Source of the DNA: Candidatus Latescibacterota bacterium
GTDB taxonomy: Bacteria > Latescibacterota > UBA2968 > UBA8231
Reading direction: 5' to 3'
Length of the DNA: 64,000 nucleotides
Assembly: GCA_965197905.1 (NCBI GenBank)
Contig: CBDAOB010000004.1
Coordinates: 96,001 to 160,000 of the forward strand
Each line of letters starts with the position of its first letter. The stretch's first letter is position 1. Positions 47,058-57,688 of the stretch are shown here, in pieces. A program made the position numbers and the translations under genes. The notes under the pieces are model-generated. The model searched no databases. It saw only the letters and a list, made by a program, of their open reading frames with translations, and was not told where the DNA came from.

Positions 47058-48637
47058 AACTGTTGGAGATCGACGGCCTGGCCGTTTCGTTCCAGTCGGA
47101 GGGACCGCCGGTGGAGGCCGTCCGCGATGCCACGTTGGGGGTCGAGGCCGGACAAACCGTCGCCCTCGTCGGCGAGTCCGGTTCCGGCAAGTCGGTAACG
47201 GCCCTCTCCGTGCTGCGCTTACTGCCGTATCCACGGGCCTCACATCCCCGGGGCTCGATCCGCTTTGCAGGTGAGGACCTGCTCACCGCGCCGCTAGACC
47301 GAATGCAGACGGTTCGCGGTGCGCGAATATCGATGATCTTTCAAGAGCCGATGACGTCGCTGAATCCCCTGCATACGATAGAGAAACAGGTAAGTGAGAC
47401 GCTGATCGTGCACCAGGGGTTAAACCGCCGACAAGCCCGGGCGCGCACCATCGAACTGCTCCACATGGTCCACCTGTCCGACGTGCAGGACCGCTTGGAT
47501 GCCTGGCCGCACCAACTGTCGGGGGGACAGCGTCAGCGGGTGATGATCGCCATGGCGTTGGCGAACGAGCCCGATCTGCTCATTGCCGACGAGCCCACCA
47601 CGGCACTCGACGTTACCATCCAGGCGCAGATCCTGCGCCTGCTGCAGGAGTTGCAGCGCACGCTCGGCATGGCGGTTCTGCTCATCACCCACGATCTCAG
47701 CATAGTCAGGCAGGTAGCTGAGCAGGTATATGTGATGACGGTGGGGCAGGTGGTCGAAAACGGGCCTGCCGACCGTATCTTCCGCCACCCGGAGCACCCG
47801 TATACGGAGCAGTTGCTTGGGGCGCAGCCAAAGGGAATTCCCGCGCCCCATGACCCTGCGGCATCGGTGGTAATGCGCTGCGAGCAGCTGCGAGTCTGGT
47901 TTCCAATCAAACGCGGGTTACTCAACAAAACCGTGGATCACGTGAAGGCGGTAGATGGGGTAGATGTGGAGCTCCATGCTGCCGAGACCCTGGGTGTGGT
48001 GGGGGAGTCCGGCTCCGGCAAGTCTTCCCTGGGCCTTGCACTACTGCGGTTGGTGCGCAGCCAGGGTTCGATTGTTCTCGACGGGCAGGAGATACAGGGT
48101 TTGCGCAATCGCGAACTGCGTCCGTTGCGCCCGGAGATGCAGATCGTTTTTCAGGACCCGTACGGTTCCCTGAGCCCCCGGCTCTCGGCCTTCCAGATCG
48201 TCGAGGAAGGGATGTCGGTTCACGGGGTTCTCCAACCCGACGAGCGCCGACGGATCGTAGCGGAGGTGTTTGCGGAGGTGGGCCTGGAAGCCAATCTCCT
48301 GGATCGCTACCCACACGAGTTCTCAGGAGGGCAGCGCCAGCGCATAGCTATTGCCCGCGCCCTGGTCCTGCGTCCGAAACTCCTCGTGCTGGACGAACCG
48401 ACCAGCGCGCTGGACGTAACCGTGCAGGCGGAGATAATCACACTATTGCTTACGCTGCAGAAGCAGCACGGCATTGCCTACCTGTTCATCACACATGACT
48501 TGAAGGTGGTGCGGGCGATGGCAAGCCGCGTTCTGGTGATGCAGGGCGGGCGAGTAGTGGAGCGGGGGGACACGGACACCATATTCAACGCACCCAAGAC
48601 AGAATACACCAGGGATCTGGTGGCCGCTGCATTGTAA
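47054..48637 (+). CDS. yejF: Peptide ABC transporter ATP-binding protein with two NBDs
   Basis: Two GESGSGKS Walker A motifs, LSGGQ/FSGGQ signatures, two DEPT. Confidence 0.92.
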   Translation: MKLLEIDGLAVSFQSEGPPVEAVRDATLGVEAGQTVALVGESGSGKSVTALSVLRLLPYPRASHPRGSIRFAGEDLLTAPLDRMQTVRGARISMIFQEPMTSLNPLHTIEKQVSETLIVHQGLNRRQARARTIELLHMVHLSDVQDRLDAWPHQLSGGQRQRVMIAMALANEPDLLIADEPTTALDVTIQAQILRLLQELQRTLGMAVLLITHDLSIVRQVAEQVYVMTVGQVVENGPADRIFRHPEHPYTEQLLGAQPKGIPAPHDPAASVVMRCEQLRVWFPIKRGLLNKTVDHVKAVDGVDVELHAAETLGVVGESGSGKSSLGLALLRLVRSQGSIVLDGQEIQGLRNRELRPLRPEMQIVFQDPYGSLSPRLSAFQIVEEGMSVHGVLQPDERRRIVAEVFAEVGLEANLLDRYPHEFSGGQRQRIAIARALVLRPKLLVLDEPTSALDVTVQAEIITLLLTLQKQHGIAYLFITHDLKVVRAMASRVLVMQGGRVVERGDTDTIFNAPKTEYTRDLVAAAL

Positions 48638-48680
48638 TTGCCTATCCCTGCGGCCAGGATTGTCGCCCACTCAACACGAC

Positions 48681-49991
48681 TCAGATATAGGTGTTGATCA
48701 GGTTTTCCAACATCTCCTCGCGACCGCTCCGCCTCTCCGGTTCCCCCTGGCTGTGAACGTAACGCTCCAGCTCCTCGAAGCTCGTCTCACCGCGCATTAT
48801 CTTGCGGCCGATACCCCGACTGAAGGAGCGGTACCGCTCCTTCACAAACCCTTCCAACTTCCTGTCCTCCAGAATCTGCTGCGCGATGAGCAGACCCCGA
48901 GCGAAGCTATCCATACCCCCGATATGAGCGTGGAATAGATCCACCAGATCGAAAGAGCCTCGCCGCACCTTGGCGTCGAAATTGATACCGCCCTTCCCGA
49001 TTCCATTCTGTCGAAGTATGACCAGCATGGCGAAGGTCGTGCTGTAGAGATCGGTGGGAAACTGATCGGTATCCCAACCCAACAGATAGTCGCCCCGATT
49101 GGCATCGATGCTGCCCAATCTCCCATCGCTAGAAGCGACGGTCAGGTCGTGTTCGAAGGAGTGTCCAGCCAAGGTCGCATGGTTGGCTTCGATGTTGAGT
49201 TTGAACTCGTCTTCGAGACCGTACTTGCGAAGAAAACCGAGCACCGTAGCGGCATCATAGTCGTACTGGTGTTTGGTGGGCTCTTTCGGCTTCGGCTCGA
49301 GCATCAACGTTCCCTTGAATCCGATCTTCTTCTTGTGTTCCACCGCCATCTCCAGGAACCGCGCCATCTGGTCCTGCTCATGAGCGAGATCGGTGTTCAA
49401 GAGCGAAGAGTACCCTTCTCGCCCTCCCCAGAAAACGTAGTTGGAACCTCCCAATTCCTGGGTGCATTCCATCGCTTTCTTGATCTGCGAGGCGGCGTAG
49501 GCGAACACGTGGGCGTCCGGATTCGTTCCCGCGCCATGGGTATAACGGGGATGTGAGAAGCAGTTCGAGGTGCCCCAAAGCAGTTTCACCCCGGTTTGGC
49601 GTTGAAGTTTCTTTGCCAGCGCCACGATCCGATCCAGTCTCGCGTTCGACTCTTTCAGGTCGTTGCCTTCGGGAGCAATATCGCGGTCGTGCCAGCAGTA
49701 GAACGGATTGCCCAACTTGGCGAAGAACTCGAACGCGGCGCGCAAGGTGTCTTCGGCGCGGTCCATCGGGTCATCCGCCAGGTCCCAAGGCCGATCGTAG
49801 ACGGGGCCACCGAACGGATCGGCACCGGTGGTTTTGAAGGTGTGCCAGCAAACGACGGAGAAGCGCAAGTGTTCCTTCAGCGTCTTCTTGCCGACCTGGC
49901 GATCGGCGTCGTAATACCTGAAGGCGAGGGGGTTGTCGGAGTCAGGCCCCTCATAGGCGATCTTTCGGATGCCGGGAAAAAACTCTTTCAT
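48681..49991 (-). CDS. xylA: Xylose isomerase (class II)
   Basis: WHTF, HDRDIAPEG, WGGREGY, EPKPKEP, NIEANHA, GWDTDQF. Confidence 0.97.
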   Translation of the reverse strand: MKEFFPGIRKIAYEGPDSDNPLAFRYYDADRQVGKKTLKEHLRFSVVCWHTFKTTGADPFGGPVYDRPWDLADDPMDRAEDTLRAAFEFFAKLGNPFYCWHDRDIAPEGNDLKESNARLDRIVALAKKLQRQTGVKLLWGTSNCFSHPRYTHGAGTNPDAHVFAYAASQIKKAMECTQELGGSNYVFWGGREGYSSLLNTDLAHEQDQMARFLEMAVEHKKKIGFKGTLMLEPKPKEPTKHQYDYDAATVLGFLRKYGLEDEFKLNIEANHATLAGHSFEHDLTVASSDGRLGSIDANRGDYLLGWDTDQFPTDLYSTTFAMLVILRQNGIGKGGINFDAKVRRGSFDLVDLFHAHIGGMDSFARGLLIAQQILEDRKLEGFVKERYRSFSRGIGRKIMRGETSFEELERYVHSQGEPERRSGREEMLENLINTYI

Positions 49992-49992
49992 G

Positions 49993-50670
49993 TCAGGTCC
50001 TTTCGATCACACTTGGGTATCGCTCGAGCAACCCGAGAACCTCGTGAGGCTCGGCCGCCAGAGCCTGGGCGCCGGCTGCCTCGAGCTCCGCTCGTGGTCT
50101 GAATCCCCAGGTTGCCCCGACGGCAAACATGCCGGCCCCAATGGCTGTTTCCATGTCGGTTCGGGTATCACCCAGGTAGAGGCATCGTGCCGGGGCGATA
50201 GAGAGGGCGGAGGCAATGAACCGGGCCCCGGTCGGATCCGGTTTTTTCGGTAGATCGGGGCGGGCGCCGCATACGGGCTCGAAAGTCCACGGTTTCAACA
50301 GCTCGGCGACCGCCATGCGGGTAAACTCATCGGGTTTGTTGGAAAGCACTGCCATCGGAAGCCCCCGGCTGGTCAGGGCATCCAATAACCCCGGTATGCC
50401 GTCGTAGGCGACGGTCTTGTCCGCCCATCGCGTTGCGTACTCGGCCTTCATCGCGTCGATGCATTGGGGAACGAACCTATCCGAGACGGCGTCGGCGGGA
50501 AGTGCACGGCGCACCAACTTCTCCACGCCCTCACCGACGAAATACCGATACGCATCGGGCTTATGCGTTGGGAATCCGCCGGTAGCCAAGACGGCGTTCA
50601 TGGAGTCCGCCAGGTCCTCCAGGGTGTCCAACAGAGTCCCATCGAGATCGAATACGACCGCTTCCATCAT
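49993..50670 (-). CDS. HAD-superfamily hydrolase (phosphoglycolate phosphatase-like)
   Basis: DLDGTLLD, SNK, KKPDP, GD motifs. Confidence 0.9.
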   Translation of the reverse strand: MMEAVVFDLDGTLLDTLEDLADSMNAVLATGGFPTHKPDAYRYFVGEGVEKLVRRALPADAVSDRFVPQCIDAMKAEYATRWADKTVAYDGIPGLLDALTSRGLPMAVLSNKPDEFTRMAVAELLKPWTFEPVCGARPDLPKKPDPTGARFIASALSIAPARCLYLGDTRTDMETAIGAGMFAVGATWGFRPRAELEAAGAQALAAEPHEVLGLLERYPSVIERT

Positions 50671-50784
50671 GCCAATACCAGCTTAGCAACAGGGGAACCC
50701 GGCGGCAAGTTTCACATTGACACCGGCAAACGAATTCGATTAGCTATCGCTGCATGGTTAAACGGCGACACGATGGAGCAGAAG

Positions 50785-52062
50785 ATGGATCGAGATACCG
50801 CGTTCGAGATGGCCACATCCAATATTCGCGTCGGGGCCGATACCACCCTGGAGGTGGGCATGGACCTGACCGACATGGGAGTCGAACGAGTGATGGTGTT
50901 GACCGATCCTCACTTGGCGCAGTTATCGCCGGTTCATCGCCTGCTCGAAGCCCTGGAGCGGGAAGGTATTGCCTTCCAGCTGTATGACAGGGTTCGGGTG
51001 GAGCCAACGGATCGCTCCTTCAAGGAGGCGATCGAGGTAGCCGCGGATGGTGGGTTCGAGGGTTTCGTGGCGATCGGAGGTGGCTCCACCATGGACACCG
51101 CCAAAGCCGCCAACCTCTACTCCACCTATCCAGCAGATTTTCTCGACTACGTGAACGCTCCCATCGGCAAGGGGTTGCCGGTGCCCGGGGTACTCAAACC
51201 GTTGATCGCCATCCCCACCACCACCGGAACGGGCAGTGAAACCACGGGTGTGGCCATTTTTGACTTCGAAGAGCTCCACTCCAAGACGGGCATTGCCCAT
51301 AGACGTTTGAAACCCACGCTGGGCATATTGGATCCGCAGAATCTCAACGACTTGCCACCCGCGGTGGCGGCTTCTACCGGTCTGGACGTTCTCAGCCACG
51401 CGCTGGAGTCGTTTACGGCGTTGCCCTTCGATCAAAGGCCGCGTCCGGAGCGCCCGGTTCTGCGGCCTGCCTACCAGGGTGCAAACCCGATAAGCGATCT
51501 CTGGGCCCTGGAAGCGTTGCGTATGGTGGCCGAATATCTGCCGCGGGCCTTTTGCGATGCCGACGATCACGAGGCGCGCACAGCTATGCTGATGGCTGCC
51601 GCATTTGCCGGAATCGGGTTCGGCAATGCCGGGGTTCATCTTCCCCACGGCATGTCCTACCCGGTCGCGAGCATGGTCTCATCGTTCACACCCGCCGGCT
51701 ATCCGACTGACTATCCCCTGGTCCCCCACGGCATTGCTGTGATCGTCAACTCCCCGGCAGTGTTTCGATTTACGGCCCCGGCTTGTCCTGACCGACACCT
51801 CCGCGCGGCAGCGGTGCTGGGCGCCCGCACCGAAGGAGCCTCCCAGACCGACGCCGGTCGGATTTTGGCTGACCGCCTGATCGAGATGATGCAGGAGATG
51901 AAGATTCCGAATGGTCTTGATGGGCTGGGTTACGGCTCGGAACAGATACCCAACCTCGTCCAGGGAACCTTGCCACAACACCGGGTGACGAAACTGGCAC
52001 CACGAGCGGCGGCGGAAGATGACCTTGCTGCGCTGTTCGAGGATGCCATGTCTTACTGGTAG
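50785..52062 (+). CDS. Hydroxyacid-oxoacid transhydrogenase (Fe-ADH family, ADHFE1/HOT type)
   Basis: AFEMATSNIR.G, GGGSTMDTAK, YVNAPIGKG, YQGANPISD, GNAGVHLPHGMSYP. Confidence 0.92.
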   Translation: MDRDTAFEMATSNIRVGADTTLEVGMDLTDMGVERVMVLTDPHLAQLSPVHRLLEALEREGIAFQLYDRVRVEPTDRSFKEAIEVAADGGFEGFVAIGGGSTMDTAKAANLYSTYPADFLDYVNAPIGKGLPVPGVLKPLIAIPTTTGTGSETTGVAIFDFEELHSKTGIAHRRLKPTLGILDPQNLNDLPPAVAASTGLDVLSHALESFTALPFDQRPRPERPVLRPAYQGANPISDLWALEALRMVAEYLPRAFCDADDHEARTAMLMAAAFAGIGFGNAGVHLPHGMSYPVASMVSSFTPAGYPTDYPLVPHGIAVIVNSPAVFRFTAPACPDRHLRAAAVLGARTEGASQTDAGRILADRLIEMMQEMKIPNGLDGLGYGSEQIPNLVQGTLPQHRVTKLAPRAAAEDDLAALFEDAMSYW

Positions 52063-52101
52063 ATCGGAGCGCCGATCTATCGCGTGCGGTTCGACTCCAG
52101 C

Positions 52102-52818
52102 TTAGCTTCTCGCATCCGCCTCCACGACCATCGTCGCCCAGTTCTTAAAAAAGGTGTTGCCCACCTGCCTCAATGGGGGCAGGAACCGGCGGGCTTGATT
52201 TAAGATTTCCTCCCCATCGAGTCGCTCTTGCACCAGTTCGTCCGCGAAAAGATCCACCATCTTGCGGACGATTTTTTCGGTGACCTCCATGTGGAAGAGA
52301 CAACCGCACGCGGTGCCGAGGCGAAAGGACTGATGGGCAGTGAGTTCCGAAGACGCCAACGGTACGCCGCCGGCGGGCAACTCGAAGATATTTCCGTGCC
52401 AATGAAAGGCCTAAAACTCGGAAGGCGCGTCGGACCAAAGGCGATCGCTCCGGGAGTTGTCATGCAACTGCACGGGGTACCAGCCGATCTCCTTTGCCGG
52501 CCCCGGTTTGACCTCGGCGCCCAACACCGCCGCCAGCAGCTGGCTTCCCAGACATATGCCGAGCACGGGCCGCTCGAGCTTCAGCGCTTGCTCGATCAAT
52601 CGCATCTCGTCCCCGAGAAAGGGATACCGTGCGCGGTCGTACACCCCCATTGGACCTCCCAGCAAGAGCAGCGCCGCGGCTTCGTCCATGCCGGTCGGCA
52701 CCGGTTCGCCGAGGTGGGTTCGCAGGTACCGGGGAGCGAGACCGTGGTTTTGCAGCACCGGTCCTATTCCACCCAGGTTTTCACACGGGGAATGTTGCAA
52801 GACCGATATCTCGAGCAT
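52102..52818 (-). pseudogene. Class I glutamine amidotransferase with in-frame TAG at 52411-52413
   Basis: GICLG nucleophile before the stop; same frame continues AFHWHG...FHMEVT (His-x-Glu). Confidence 0.85.
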
Positions 52819-52826
52819 GGCGACCC

Positions 52827-53906
52827 TCAGACAGCCGCAGGTTCGTTGGCCACGATTACCGGCTCGGGTTCCAGGCGGATGCCGGATAGCTCGAAGACGG
52901 CGCGCTGAATCTCTTCGGCCAGCTGCAGTAGGTCGGCGGAGGTGCCGCCACAGTTCACCAACGCCAGAGCATGATTGGTGGAGATCCGCGCGCCACCCTT
53001 CTGATGCCCTTTGGCGAAACCCGAACGCTCCACCAACCAGGCAGCAGGCAGCTTGTAGCCGCCGCTGGTCTCGAAACCGGGGAGCTCGTCCCCCAGACGG
53101 GCGCGCAGCGCAACCAGCGCGTCTGCGTTCACTACCGGATTGAGAAAGAAGGAACCCATGGATCGGCTGTTTTCATCCGCGGGATCGACCACCATCGATT
53201 TGGATCGGCGCAGTTTCAGTACGGCAGCGCGGACCATCGACATCGCCTCGGCCCCTTCGGCATCGTCTCCAAGGCCAAAGTCTCTCCGCATGGTTTGTTC
53301 CAGCTCCTGATAACGCAGCTGCGGTCGGCCCGGATCGGCGAGACGGTAGGTAACATGGGTGATTACGTAGCGATCTCGATCTGCGGTTTTGAAACGACTC
53401 GTGCGATACCCGAAATCGCACTCCTGGTTGGAGAAACGGCGCGTTTCGAGGGATGTCCGGTCTACCGCTTCGACCTGTAGGATACTGTCTTTGACCTCCT
53501 GGCCGTAGGCGCCCACGTTTTGAATCGGTGTCGCTCCCACCTGGCCGGGAATACCCGAGAGGCACTCGAAACCGCCGAGGCCGGCATCGACCGAGCGCGA
53601 TACCAGGTCGTCCCAGAACTCACCGGCGCCGGCTACGATGGTCGCCCTTCCATCTTTTCGCTCTATCTCCACGCCAGCTATGTCGACCCTGGCAACCACA
53701 CCCTCGAACCCGCGGTCAGGAAACAAGATATTGCTGCCGCCACCCATAACCTGGAGAGCCAACCCCTTTTTCCGAGCCCACAAAAGCGTAGCGCGAATGG
53801 CATCCGGATCGCGCCAGCGCACGAAGTAACGTGCGGGTCCGCCGAGACCCACCGTCGTCATCGGAGCCAGGTCCACGTTTTCGCGAATTTCCGGGGATTC
53901 AGTCAT
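52827..53906 (-). CDS. murB: UDP-N-acetylmuramate dehydrogenase
   Basis: GGGSN, GIPGQVGATPIQNVGAYG, FGYRTS, SMGSFFLNP, HALALVN, LEPEP. Confidence 0.95.
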   Translation of the reverse strand: MTESPEIRENVDLAPMTTVGLGGPARYFVRWRDPDAIRATLLWARKKGLALQVMGGGSNILFPDRGFEGVVARVDIAGVEIERKDGRATIVAGAGEFWDDLVSRSVDAGLGGFECLSGIPGQVGATPIQNVGAYGQEVKDSILQVEAVDRTSLETRRFSNQECDFGYRTSRFKTADRDRYVITHVTYRLADPGRPQLRYQELEQTMRRDFGLGDDAEGAEAMSMVRAAVLKLRRSKSMVVDPADENSRSMGSFFLNPVVNADALVALRARLGDELPGFETSGGYKLPAAWLVERSGFAKGHQKGGARISTNHALALVNCGGTSADLLQLAEEIQRAVFELSGIRLEPEPVIVANEPAAV

Positions 53907-54054
53907 GCACCGCCAAGGTCCAAGGTGAATTGCACAACCGGCTCTGGACGGGGGTGAAACCCGCCGGCAAGTTGCTGTTAAGCCTCAATAATATTATACA
54001 TTTGGCCTGCCCAACAGGATCTGGAGAACAGCGTTTCGAGGAACCGCTTTTTGT

Positions 54055-55997
54055 ATGACCCACTCCACCGAACAGAGCGCAGATGTGCCCACCCCGGCGC
54101 CGGATGATCCGATCGTCGTCCTGCTGGTGGACGACCAGATCATTGTTCACGAATCGGTGCGGGTGCTGCTAAGCGACCATCCCGAGATTGAGCTGCATAC
54201 GGTGCGCGACCCGACGAGGGCGGTAGACAGGGCGAATTCGGTGCAGCCAACCGTTATCCTTCAAGATCTCAACATGCCCCAGGTAGACGGTTTGACGCTG
54301 ATTCGGTTCTTTCGCGCCAATCCCGCCACCAGCCAGGTTCCCCTCATTGTTCTCTCCTCTCAGGAAGAGCCTAAAATAAAAGCCAACGCCTTCGCGTTGG
54401 GAGCAACGGATTACCTCATCAAGCTTCCAGACGCGGTCGAACTCGTTGCGCGCATCAAACATCACTCGCGCGCGTGTAGCAACAGCCACCAGCGAATGCG
54501 AGCCGAGCGCGAGCTAAAGGCGGCCAAGAAAGCGGCGGAAGAAGCCAGCCGGTCCAAGAGCGCCTTCCTGGCGACCATGAGTCACGAGTTTCGCACGCCG
54601 TTGAACGCTATTCTCGGATTCACCGAGCTGCTTATTCGGGAAGACGGACTGACCACCGAACAGAACGAAAATCTTCGCATCATCAATCGCAGTGGCGAGC
54701 ATCTCCTCGAGCTGATTAACGACGTGCTTGAAATGTCGAAAATCGAGGCAGGTCACCTAGAGGTCAACGATCGTCCGTTCGACCTGAGGACGTTGCTGAG
54801 CGATCTGGAACAAATGTTTGAGCTGAGAGCGCGCGACAAGGGATTGGAGCTCTCCTGTGAATGTGAGCACGAGGTGCGGAGATGCCTCGAAGCGTGGTTG
54901 CGGACGAAGCCAAACTGAGGCAAGTGTTGATCAATCTCATGAGCAACGCCGTAAAGTTCACCAGCGAAGGACAGGTGCGCCTGCGTACCAGCTGTCGCGG
55001 CAAAGATCTTGTTTTCGCGGTCGAGGATACCGGTCGAAGCGTGGTTGCGGCGTCGATCTCGTTCACCAGCGAGATCGCGGCAAAGACACCTCCGGGCGTC
55101 GATCTCGTCGAGATCGACACCTTGTTCGAGGCTTTCGAACAGAGCGGGGCGGGCAAGCAAGCGCGGGAGAGCACCGGTTTGGGCCTCTCGATCAGCCGGC
55201 GCTTCGCCCGCATGCTTGGGGGCGACATCGCGGTGCACAGCGACCCGGGGCGGGGAGCGGTGTTCACTCTTACCATCGAATTGAAACGTTCCGAAGACGC
55301 ACCCATCGCCGCAACGGGGTCCGTCACCCCTGCCGTCGAGCTGGATCGAGAGCGCAGCTATCGGATTCTCGTGGTGGGCGACCGGTGGGAGGATCGCAAG
55401 CTTCTGGTCAAGATCCACCAGCGGCTGGGATGCGACACTCGACAAGCCGACAACGGTACTGAAGCGATTCGGATATGGCAGACCTGGTCACCCGACCTGG
55501 TGTGGCTGGATCTGCGGTTGCATGGCATGAGTGGGGAGCCGGTCGCCCGTCATATTCAGCAAGGCAGTGGCGATCGAAGAACCCCGGTCATTGCCCTAAC
55601 CGCCAGCGGATTCGGCGAGGACACGGAGCCCGCCACAGCCGCGGGATGTGCAGACCTGGTGCGCAAACCGTTTCGCGAAAACGATATATTGGAGGTGCTA
55701 TCGCGCCATCTGGGCGTGGGCATGAGAGAGGTTGACCGCGATGGGCACCACCAGGTGCCGAATGATTCTCACGAACTCAACGCCGCGGATTTCGCAGGAT
55801 TGGAAGCGGAATGGTTGAGATCGCTTCGTCAGGCCGCCTACCGGGAAGAAACGGATCATATCGCCAAGCTGATCGATGAGCTCGGATCCGACCACCACTC
55901 TCTTTCTCGCGCCCTGCGATTCTTCGCCGCAAACCGAAGCTTCGATCGCATCATTGCCGCCATGATGGATGCGGCAGTTCTCGATGTCAGAAACTGA
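54055..55997 (+). pseudogene. Hybrid kinase REC-HisKA-HATPase-REC split by a frameshift (~54875) and carrying a 57-nt insertion in the G1 box
   Basis: ORF 54055-54918 has REC and SHEFRTPLN; ORF 54882-55997 has N-box, disrupted DTG..PG, G2 and a degenerate REC. Confidence 0.8.
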
Positions 55998-56038
55998 ATA
56001 AACAGCTGCGTCGTGGAGCCGTTCCACGGCGGACCGGT

Positions 56039-57688
56039 ATGGATGACATTCTGATTGTAGATGACACGCTGCCGAATCTGCGGCTGCTCTCCAGCATGTT
56101 GTCGAAACATGGCTCCAAGGTCCGGGCTGTGCCCAACGGCTCCATGGCGTTGACGGCCGTCGCCTCTGCGCCTCCAGACCTTATTCTGCTCGACATCAAC
56201 ATGCCCGGATTGAACGGGTATGAACGCGAGCGGTTGAAAGCGGACGACAAGACGCGAGATATCCCGGTTATTTTCATCAGCGCTCTCGACAAGGCCACGG
56301 ACAAGGTCAGTTCCTTCGCGTCGGGTGGCGTCGACTACATCACGAAACCGTTTCAGGTGGAAGAAGTTCTCGCTCGAGTCGACTGCCATCTCAGCATCAG
56401 CACCTTGCAGAGACGCCTCGAGGAGGCGAACGACATGCTGGAGCGCCGGGTCGAGGAGCGCACCGACGAGCTGGCACAAGCCATCGTCAAGCTCGAGGAG
56501 CAAATCGTCGAGCGCCGTCGGGCGGAAGCGGAGCGGGCCGATCTCGAAGCGCAACTGCACCAATCGCAGAAAATGGACGCACTCGGCCGTCTCGCCGGAG
56601 GGGTCGTTCACGATTTCAACAATCTGCTCACGGTGATCATAGGGTACGCCGAAATTCTGAACTACAAATTCGACGAAGATCAGGTCAAGGACGAGGTGGA
56701 GCAGATTCTGCGCGCCGGAGACCAGGCGGCCTCGCTGACCCATCAACTGCTGGCGTTCAGCCGGCGGCAGGCAATGGAGCCCAAGGCGGTCGTCCTGAAC
56801 GACGTCGTCGAGAATGTGGCCAGGATGCTGAAGCCGATGATCGGCGAGCAGGTCGAGTGGGCTACCGAGTTGGATGCGGGACTGGGCAAGATCTTGGCGG
56901 ACCCGGGACAGATTGAACAATCGATTGTGAATCTGGCGCTCAATGCGCGCGATGCGATGCCGGACGGAGGACGGTTGAGCATCCGAACCGCCAATGATGA
57001 AAAGCAGGCCTCAGAGCAGCAGACCTCTTCGAGCTACGTGAGCCTCGAGGTGAGCGATACCGGCATCGGAATGGACGAAGAGACGAGAAAGCGGGTTTTC
57101 GAGCCGTTTTATACGACCAAGGCGGTGGGCGAGGGGACCGGCTTGGGGTTAGCCACCGTGCACGGCATTGTCAATCAAAGCGGCGGCTGGATCGAGCTCG
57201 ACAGTCGGCCAAGGGAGGGGACCCGGTTTGTGCTCTACTTTCCCCGCCTCGTCGACGATGTCGCAGTGGACGAGAAGCCGAGCATCTCCACCACCGATCT
57301 GCGCGGCTCGGAGACGGTTCTTCTGGTGGATGGCGATGTCGCGGTTCGTGGCATCGTGGGCACCACCCTGCGCGAATCGGGGTACACCGTTGTAGAGGCG
57401 CTGGACGGCGCCGACGCTCTGGACAACTGGGAGAAGCGGGAGGCACCCGTGCACCTGCTCATAACCGATGTAATCATGCATAAGGTCGGGGGTGCGGATC
57501 TGGTGGAATGGCTCCTGCCGCTCCAGGATCAGATGCGAGTGATCTACATGTCCGGCTTTATGGACGAGAGCACGGCTCGTCACGGATTGCTCGAACGGGG
57601 CATGTATTTCTTACAGAAACCGTTCTCGCGAAACGATCTTCTGGTCAAGGTACGCGAGGTCCTGGATGCGCCGGCGCTACAGCGTTGA
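56039..57688 (+). CDS. Cytoplasmic hybrid kinase REC-HisKA-HATPase-REC (CckA-like kinase core)
   Basis: LLDINMPG, GGVVHDFNNLL, NLALNARDAM, DTGIGM, FEPFYTTK, GTGLGL, TDVIM. Confidence 0.92.
   Translation: MDDILIVDDTLPNLRLLSSMLSKHGSKVRAVPNGSMALTAVASAPPDLILLDINMPGLNGYERERLKADDKTRDIPVIFISALDKATDKVSSFASGGVDYITKPFQVEEVLARVDCHLSISTLQRRLEEANDMLERRVEERTDELAQAIVKLEEQIVERRRAEAERADLEAQLHQSQKMDALGRLAGGVVHDFNNLLTVIIGYAEILNYKFDEDQVKDEVEQILRAGDQAASLTHQLLAFSRRQAMEPKAVVLNDVVENVARMLKPMIGEQVEWATELDAGLGKILADPGQIEQSIVNLALNARDAMPDGGRLSIRTANDEKQASEQQTSSSYVSLEVSDTGIGMDEETRKRVFEPFYTTKAVGEGTGLGLATVHGIVNQSGGWIELDSRPREGTRFVLYFPRLVDDVAVDEKPSISTTDLRGSETVLLVDGDVAVRGIVGTTLRESGYTVVEALDGADALDNWEKREAPVHLLITDVIMHKVGGADLVEWLLPLQDQMRVIYMSGFMDESTARHGLLERGMYFLQKPFSRNDLLVKVREVLDAPALQR

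Noticed and set aside
52060..52101. GGTTCGACTCC T-loop-like motif suggesting a tRNA
   Set aside because: No T-stem, anticodon arm or acceptor stem; only a simple hairpin (52060-52079) between convergent genes
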